DNA of 64,000 bases. Origin: Oceanispirochaeta sp. (lineage in GTDB: Bacteria > Spirochaetota > Spirochaetia > DSM-2461). Location: assembly GCA_963666275.2 (NCBI GenBank), contig CAXXOA010000001.1, positions 1,760,001 to 1,824,000 of the forward strand, given 5' to 3'. Of the stretch, positions 57,338 to 64,000 are shown in pieces. A model generated the notes under the pieces. The model was given only the letters and a program-made list of their open reading frames with translations, searched no databases and was not told the DNA's origin. Numbering within the stretch: the first letter of the stretch is position 1; every line of letters begins with the position of its first letter. Made by a program: the position numbers and the translations under genes.

Positions 57338-59527
57338 ATGGAGCTTCAGAAGGTAACAACCGGTTTATACTGGCTGGAAATACCAGAAAAAAACTTTTAT
57401 CTCATGTGCGGTTGTCCCATGGACAGCATTAAACACCTGACCAATAAAGGAATTATTCATCCTGTGGCAGGGGCTGAACAATACACGGAAACAGGCCCCA
57501 ACGCCATACTTTTATCAGATCTTCCCGTACAGAATGGATACTTCAGCAATCTGGCGGAATTCCCCATACTCCATATGATGTACAAACAGGGAATGGTTTT
57601 ACCGGGTCATCCCGGGAATGACGGCCGTAAACCCTGGATCATCGGAACGAGAGGTCAGGTTGAAGCCCAGAAAAATTATATTTTCCGCGGAAACTACGGA
57701 CTGGCCTCTCCGGAAGAATTCCATTGCGCCGGATGTGATGACACCCGGGCCGATGATCTGTGGAAGCTAAAAATGAAGTTCAACTTCAATACCATTCATG
57801 ATCCGGAAAAACTGATTGACTCTACTGTCGTTGGATCCCGTCCTGTAGAACTGAAGCCGGATATCTTCCTGGAAAGGAATGGTCTCAACCTCTACACTCT
57901 TTCATTCAACGGAGAATCCATTACTATCGATCTGAATCTGAAAGAGGAAGAGTTATACGAACCTCCCTATTCTCTGGATTACACAAGCATTAAACGGGAA
58001 TATTTTTCGGTTGTCCATGTGGGAGAAGGGAACGGCTGGGACAATACAAGGCCCTGCATGGGCAGTATCCTGACCTTCAAGGGGAAAATCTATCTCATCG
58101 ATGCGGGACCCAACATCGAGTACTCTCTCAATGCCGTGGGAGTCAGCGTGAATGATGTGGAGGGAATCTTCCATACCCATATTCACGATGATCACTTTGC
58201 CGGACTGACCTATCTTGTCATGGCGGACAACAAGGTAAAATATTTTGCCACCCCCATGGTGATGGAGACTGCAAGAAAAAAACTGACATCCCTGATGGGG
58301 CAGGATGAACAGGTCTTCGACGAAGTTTTCCATACGATTCCTCTCGAATGGGACAAATGGAACAATTTTGATGATCTGGAGATCAAACCTCTTTTTTCAC
58401 CCCATCCCGTGGAAACTTCCATCTTTTATTTCCGGGCTCAAGGGAAGGACGGATACAGGAGTTACGGACATCTGGCAGATATCATTACAAGTAAGGTTCT
58501 GAAAAGCTTTATCAGCGAGGATCCTTCAGAAGGGATCTCTCAGGAGATGTACGACAGGATCTGGAAAGGATATCTGGAAAAGGCCGATATCAAAAAAATT
58601 GACATAGGCGGCGGTTTTGTCCATGGGGATGCCTCAGATTTTGCGGATGATCCTTCAGATCTGGTTCTATTGAGTCATACAGACAGGCCACTGACAAGGG
58701 AAGAGAAAACTGTGGGCAGTGCCACAAGTTTCGGAGAGCAGAATATACTGATTCCCGCCCGGTCCGACTACAAGATGGAACATGCCTATAATATTCTGGA
58801 AGACTATTTTCCCCAGCAGGACAGAAAGGAACTGGAGCTTCTTATAAACAACAGTGAGATCCATTTCAATTCGGGAGACCTGCTGGCGGAATACGGCGAA
58901 ATGCTGGATTATGTCTATCTCATTCTCTTCGGTAAAGTGGATTTTCAGTTTAAAAACCGGAAACACCATTATGAGATGACTTCTGGGAGTATGATAGGGA
59001 TCACCAACAGTCTATGGGGCAAGCCCACGGTAGGGATCTACAGGGCCTCCTCCTATGTGGAGACACTGAAAATTCCCATTGACATCATGAAGGCATTTCT
59101 CAGTAACCACGATCTGCTCGAAAATTTGAGAGATACAAGCCGGATAATGCAGAATCTGCGTCATTCCTCCCTCTTCGGATCCCGTATTTCCAGCCGGAAA
59201 CTGCTGAAACTTTCTCAGAAAGCCGGGATCATTCATCTGCTGCCGGGAGATAGAATCCCCAACGGCTGGCCCGAAGATCTCTATTTCCTCAACAAGGGAC
59301 GGGTGAATATCCTCTACAATGGAAAATTGGCCGCCACCTTGAAAAGAGGGGAAACATGGGGAGGATACACCTCTTTTCCGCGTACAGAAGGTTTTGATAT
59401 CTCCGCCAGTGTTACGGAAGATCAGCATGTGGAACTCTACCGCTTCTCCCGGGAAGTCCTGAAGGAAATTCCCGTGATCAAGTGGAAATTGTTCCAGAAG
59501 TACTGCTGCTGGACGACTTCAGGCTGA
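57338..59527 (+). CDS. MBL-fold hydrolase with C-terminal cyclic-nucleotide-binding domains
   Basis: HTHIHDDH; SPHPVET; two cNMP-like repeats (VYLILFGKV, LYFLNKGRV). Confidence 0.75.
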   Translation: MELQKVTTGLYWLEIPEKNFYLMCGCPMDSIKHLTNKGIIHPVAGAEQYTETGPNAILLSDLPVQNGYFSNLAEFPILHMMYKQGMVLPGHPGNDGRKPWIIGTRGQVEAQKNYIFRGNYGLASPEEFHCAGCDDTRADDLWKLKMKFNFNTIHDPEKLIDSTVVGSRPVELKPDIFLERNGLNLYTLSFNGESITIDLNLKEEELYEPPYSLDYTSIKREYFSVVHVGEGNGWDNTRPCMGSILTFKGKIYLIDAGPNIEYSLNAVGVSVNDVEGIFHTHIHDDHFAGLTYLVMADNKVKYFATPMVMETARKKLTSLMGQDEQVFDEVFHTIPLEWDKWNNFDDLEIKPLFSPHPVETSIFYFRAQGKDGYRSYGHLADIITSKVLKSFISEDPSEGISQEMYDRIWKGYLEKADIKKIDIGGGFVHGDASDFADDPSDLVLLSHTDRPLTREEKTVGSATSFGEQNILIPARSDYKMEHAYNILEDYFPQQDRKELELLINNSEIHFNSGDLLAEYGEMLDYVYLILFGKVDFQFKNRKHHYEMTSGSMIGITNSLWGKPTVGIYRASSYVETLKIPIDIMKAFLSNHDLLENLRDTSRIMQNLRHSSLFGSRISSRKLLKLSQKAGIIHLLPGDRIPNGWPEDLYFLNKGRVNILYNGKLAATLKRGETWGGYTSFPRTEGFDISASVTEDQHVELYRFSREVLKEIPVIKWKLFQKYCCWTTSG

Positions 59528-59572
59528 GCTCCTCTCTGGAAAAAAAATCCAAAATACAATAAAGTCCTCCCT

Positions 59573-60858
59573 ATGAGTAAAACCGAACACTTTGATGTTG
59601 TTATAATAGGCACAGGCCCCGGAGGTCTCGGGGCGGCTTTCCGTCTTATAGAAGCCCGGCCGGATCTGAAAATCCTGATGCTGGAGAAAGAGAATTTCTC
59701 CACCGGTGGATTAAGAAATGACTGCAAAATGAATTTTACCTTTCCCATCGGATTTCCCCTGGATAACTGGTCCCGGGAGGAAGCGGATTTCTATCTGGAA
59801 CAGGTGGAAGCCATTCTGAAACCGGAACTACTGCCAAGGACAAATCTTGATATCTATAAGAACAGAGCCAAATCCCTGGGAGTGGATCTGCTCAATATTA
59901 GACAGTCCCATCTGGGGACGGATGGCGGTCTGGAGCTTATCAAGAAACTCTGTGCCCGCTTGGAAGAGCTGGGAGTGACCATCAAACTCGGTACAGAGGC
60001 TCTGGGAGTTGTTCCTGAAAGCAAAAGCCTTGAAACCTCGGAAGGCCCGTTTCTGTTCGACCATATGATTGTGGCTCCCGGACGGCACGGCTTTCAGTTC
60101 CTGCAGAATATAATGCGGTCACTGGGAATCTTTTTTATAGATAATATCGTTGATATCGGTATACGGGTCGAGACCAGGATGGAACACTATCCGATTGTGA
60201 AAGACTACTATGACCCCAAATTCCATTTTCCAGGCAAAGTACGAACCTTCTGTACCAACAGCCGCAGTGCCTATGTGGTCCAGGAAAAATACGAGTCCCG
60301 GGGGGGGCAGCCATTCTACAGCGTGAACGGTCATGCCTGGTCCGCCCAGAAAAAAAAGCAGAACGATCTTGTCAATTTTGCCATGCTTAAAACCATAAAG
60401 CTCACGGAACCTCTTGCCAGCGGTCATCGATTCGCAGAAATACTGGGACTCCAGGCCGCTCTTCTGGGGGGAGGGAAACCCATTATGCAGAGGGTCGGAG
60501 ATTTCCGTATTGCCAAACGGTCCAAACAGGGATCTTTCAATCATGATCTCTATGATTTCGAACCCACACTGAAAGGGGCTACCCCCGGGGATATCTCCCT
60601 GGCCATGCCCTCCAAGATCCTCCGGGCCATCTGGAAATCCATGAAACAGCTGGATACCATCGTCCCCGGCGTTCTTCATCCCAGTACAATCATGTACTAC
60701 CCGGAAATTAAAATGTATGCCAATAAACCCAAATTCCTGGACAGATATTTCCGTGTCCACGACAGTATCTATATGATCGGTGACGGTGCGGGAACAAGCC
60801 GCGGGATTACCGGAGCCTGGGCCAGCGGAATTCGGGCGGCAGAAGGAATATTGAATAA

Positions 60859-60862
<4 letters not shown>
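59573..60862 (+). CDS. FAD-dependent oxidoreductase
   Basis: IIGTGPGG; HLGTD; IGDGAGTSRGI. Confidence 0.88.
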
Positions 60863-62430
<1,568 letters not shown>

Positions 62431-62508
62431 AAAAGTTCTGAAACCGGTGTAACGATTCAACAGGGCATGTGTTTAATCTAATAAAAACCAGAAACAGGAT
62501 CCGGAAAC

Positions 62509-63474
62509 ATGAATACCGAACTGATAGAAGAAACCGATACAAGAAATGCAGCCATTCTAATCAGTAATATACGAAATGAGATAGGCAAAGTCGTTGTGGG
62601 CCAGGAGAAAGTCGTTAACAGGCTTCTTCTGGGGCTCATATGCAATCAGCATGTCCTTCTGGAGGGGGTTCCAGGACTGGCAAAGACTCTTCTGGTCACA
62701 ACCCTCGCCAGGGTCATGGATGCCGATTCGGGGAGGATTCAGTTTACACCGGATCTTCTTCCGGCTGACCTGACGGGAACTCTGATCTATAACCCTGCGG
62801 ATGCCTCTTTCTATCCGCGAAGGGGACCGGTATTTACAAATATTCTGCTGGCAGATGAGGTGAACAGAGCCCCGGCAAAAGTTCAAAGCGCCCTGCTTGA
62901 GGCCATGCAGGAAAGACAGGTAACCATCGGGGATGAAACCTATCCGATGGAAAATCTGTTTATGGTTCTTGCCACTCAGAATCCTGTGGAACAGGAGGGG
63001 ACCTATCCGCTGCCGGAAGCTCAGGTGGACCGGTTTATGATGAAGCTCCTTGTCAGTTATCCCGAACGGGAGGAGGAACTGGGAATTATCCGTTCCCACA
63101 GCAGAAGTTCCACTCTCTATCAACCCGAATCAGTCTGTTCCGCCCGGGAAATCCTTGAGCTCAGGGATCTCACCGAGAAAGTCTATCTCGATTCCCGGCT
63201 GGAGGAGTATATTGTTGATATCATCCGGGCTACCCGGGAAGAAAACGGATATATCCAGTACGGAGCGTCCCCGAGAGCGTCCATTTTCCTCTGCCAGGCT
63301 TCCCGGGCTCTGGCATTGATGAATGGCAGAAATTATGTTTCCCCTTCGGATATAAGGGACATTGCTCCGGATATTCTCAGACACAGGATCATCATCAGTT
63401 ACGAGGCTGAGGCTGAAGGGATCACATCGGATGATCTGATTCAGGAAATACTTAAAAATCTTCCGGCCCTCTGA
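62509..63474 (+). CDS. moxR: MoxR family AAA ATPase
   Basis: GVPGLAKT; RIQFTPDLLP; DEVNRA; GASPRA. Confidence 0.93.
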   Translation: MNTELIEETDTRNAAILISNIRNEIGKVVVGQEKVVNRLLLGLICNQHVLLEGVPGLAKTLLVTTLARVMDADSGRIQFTPDLLPADLTGTLIYNPADASFYPRRGPVFTNILLADEVNRAPAKVQSALLEAMQERQVTIGDETYPMENLFMVLATQNPVEQEGTYPLPEAQVDRFMMKLLVSYPEREEELGIIRSHSRSSTLYQPESVCSAREILELRDLTEKVYLDSRLEEYIVDIIRATREENGYIQYGASPRASIFLCQASRALALMNGRNYVSPSDIRDIAPDILRHRIIISYEAEAEGITSDDLIQEILKNLPAL

Positions 63475-63488
63475 TATCAGGATTTCCC

Positions 63489-64000
63489 ATGATTGATAAA
63501 GACCTCCGTAAAAAAATGGAACGTATCCGGGTCATGACCCGGAAAAAGATCACGGCCTCATTTGCAGGAGACTATCAGAGTGCGTTTAAAGGCAGAGGGA
63601 TGGAGTTTGAAGAAGTCAGACCCTATCAGCCGGGAGATGAAATTCGTTTTATTGACTGGAATGTCACCGCCAGGAGCACAGAACCCTGGGTAAAGCTCTT
63701 CCGTGAAGAGAGAGAGTTGACCATGTTCCTTATGGTGGATCTCTCTGCTTCCGGGCTGTTCCCCCTGTCCGGTAAAACAAGAAACGAAGCGGCCGCAGAA
63801 CTCTGTGCCATGCTTGCCTATACAGCCATAAGCAATAATGACCGTGTGGGAATGAGTGTCTTTACCGACCGGATAGAGAAATTCATCCCTCCGGGAAAGG
63901 GAAGCCGCCATGTGCTTCATCTTGTGGAAGAGGTTCTCTCCCATACCCCCGGGGGGACAGGGACATCCCTCAAAAATGCCCTTGAATATGCGGCGGCCCT
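63489..64000 (+). CDS. DUF58 family protein (partial; not in the ORF track)
   Basis: Manual translation FKGRGMEFEEVRPYQPGDEIRFIDWNVTAR; follows moxR. Confidence 0.9.
   Translation, partial: MIDKDLRKKMERIRVMTRKKITASFAGDYQSAFKGRGMEFEEVRPYQPGDEIRFIDWNVTARSTEPWVKLFREERELTMFLMVDLSASGLFPLSGKTRNEAAAELCAMLAYTAISNNDRVGMSVFTDRIEKFIPPGKGSRHVLHLVEEVLSHTPGGTGTSLKNALEYAAA

Overview
Positions 1 to ~31,800 are most of a temperate prophage. Its left end and integrase lie outside the window. It carries AT-rich accessory genes, a CI-like XRE repressor facing an unannotated ribbon-helix-helix gene across three operator-like repeats, and an early operon with a ~470-nt cluster of structured, tRNA-like RNAs, parAB, a replication protein and a tyrosine recombinase. 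Further on are HNH/terminase, an HK97-type head whose portal is fused to a MuF-like domain, a contractile tail and baseplate, M23 endolysin/holin and a terminal esterase lipoprotein. The prophage ends at a tRNA-3'-end-like att repeat (~31,783-31,798). A second copy of that repeat (~35,767) bounds a 4-kb islet with duplicated Rhs core modules, an Rhs toxin/immunity pair, a HigBA-type TA pair and two integron attC-like sites. From ~36,000 on are ordinary host genes (msrAB, ttcA, hflX, metA, UvrD/PcrA helicase, gpmI, glpK, prfC, moxR). The host may be a spirochaete, but this is unverified. The main leads are: (i) three tandem acceptor-stem/T-arm tRNA mimics with non-canonical centres; (ii) an unannotated 34-aa peptide that copies the repressor C-terminal helix (SinI-like antirepressor); (iii) a promoter, repeated-hairpin RNA and terminator inserted between terS and terL; (iv) a TerB-like/PD-(D/E)xK nuclease next to a BRCT-like gene as a candidate defence module. 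All family calls come from motif recognition by eye; no database searches were run.
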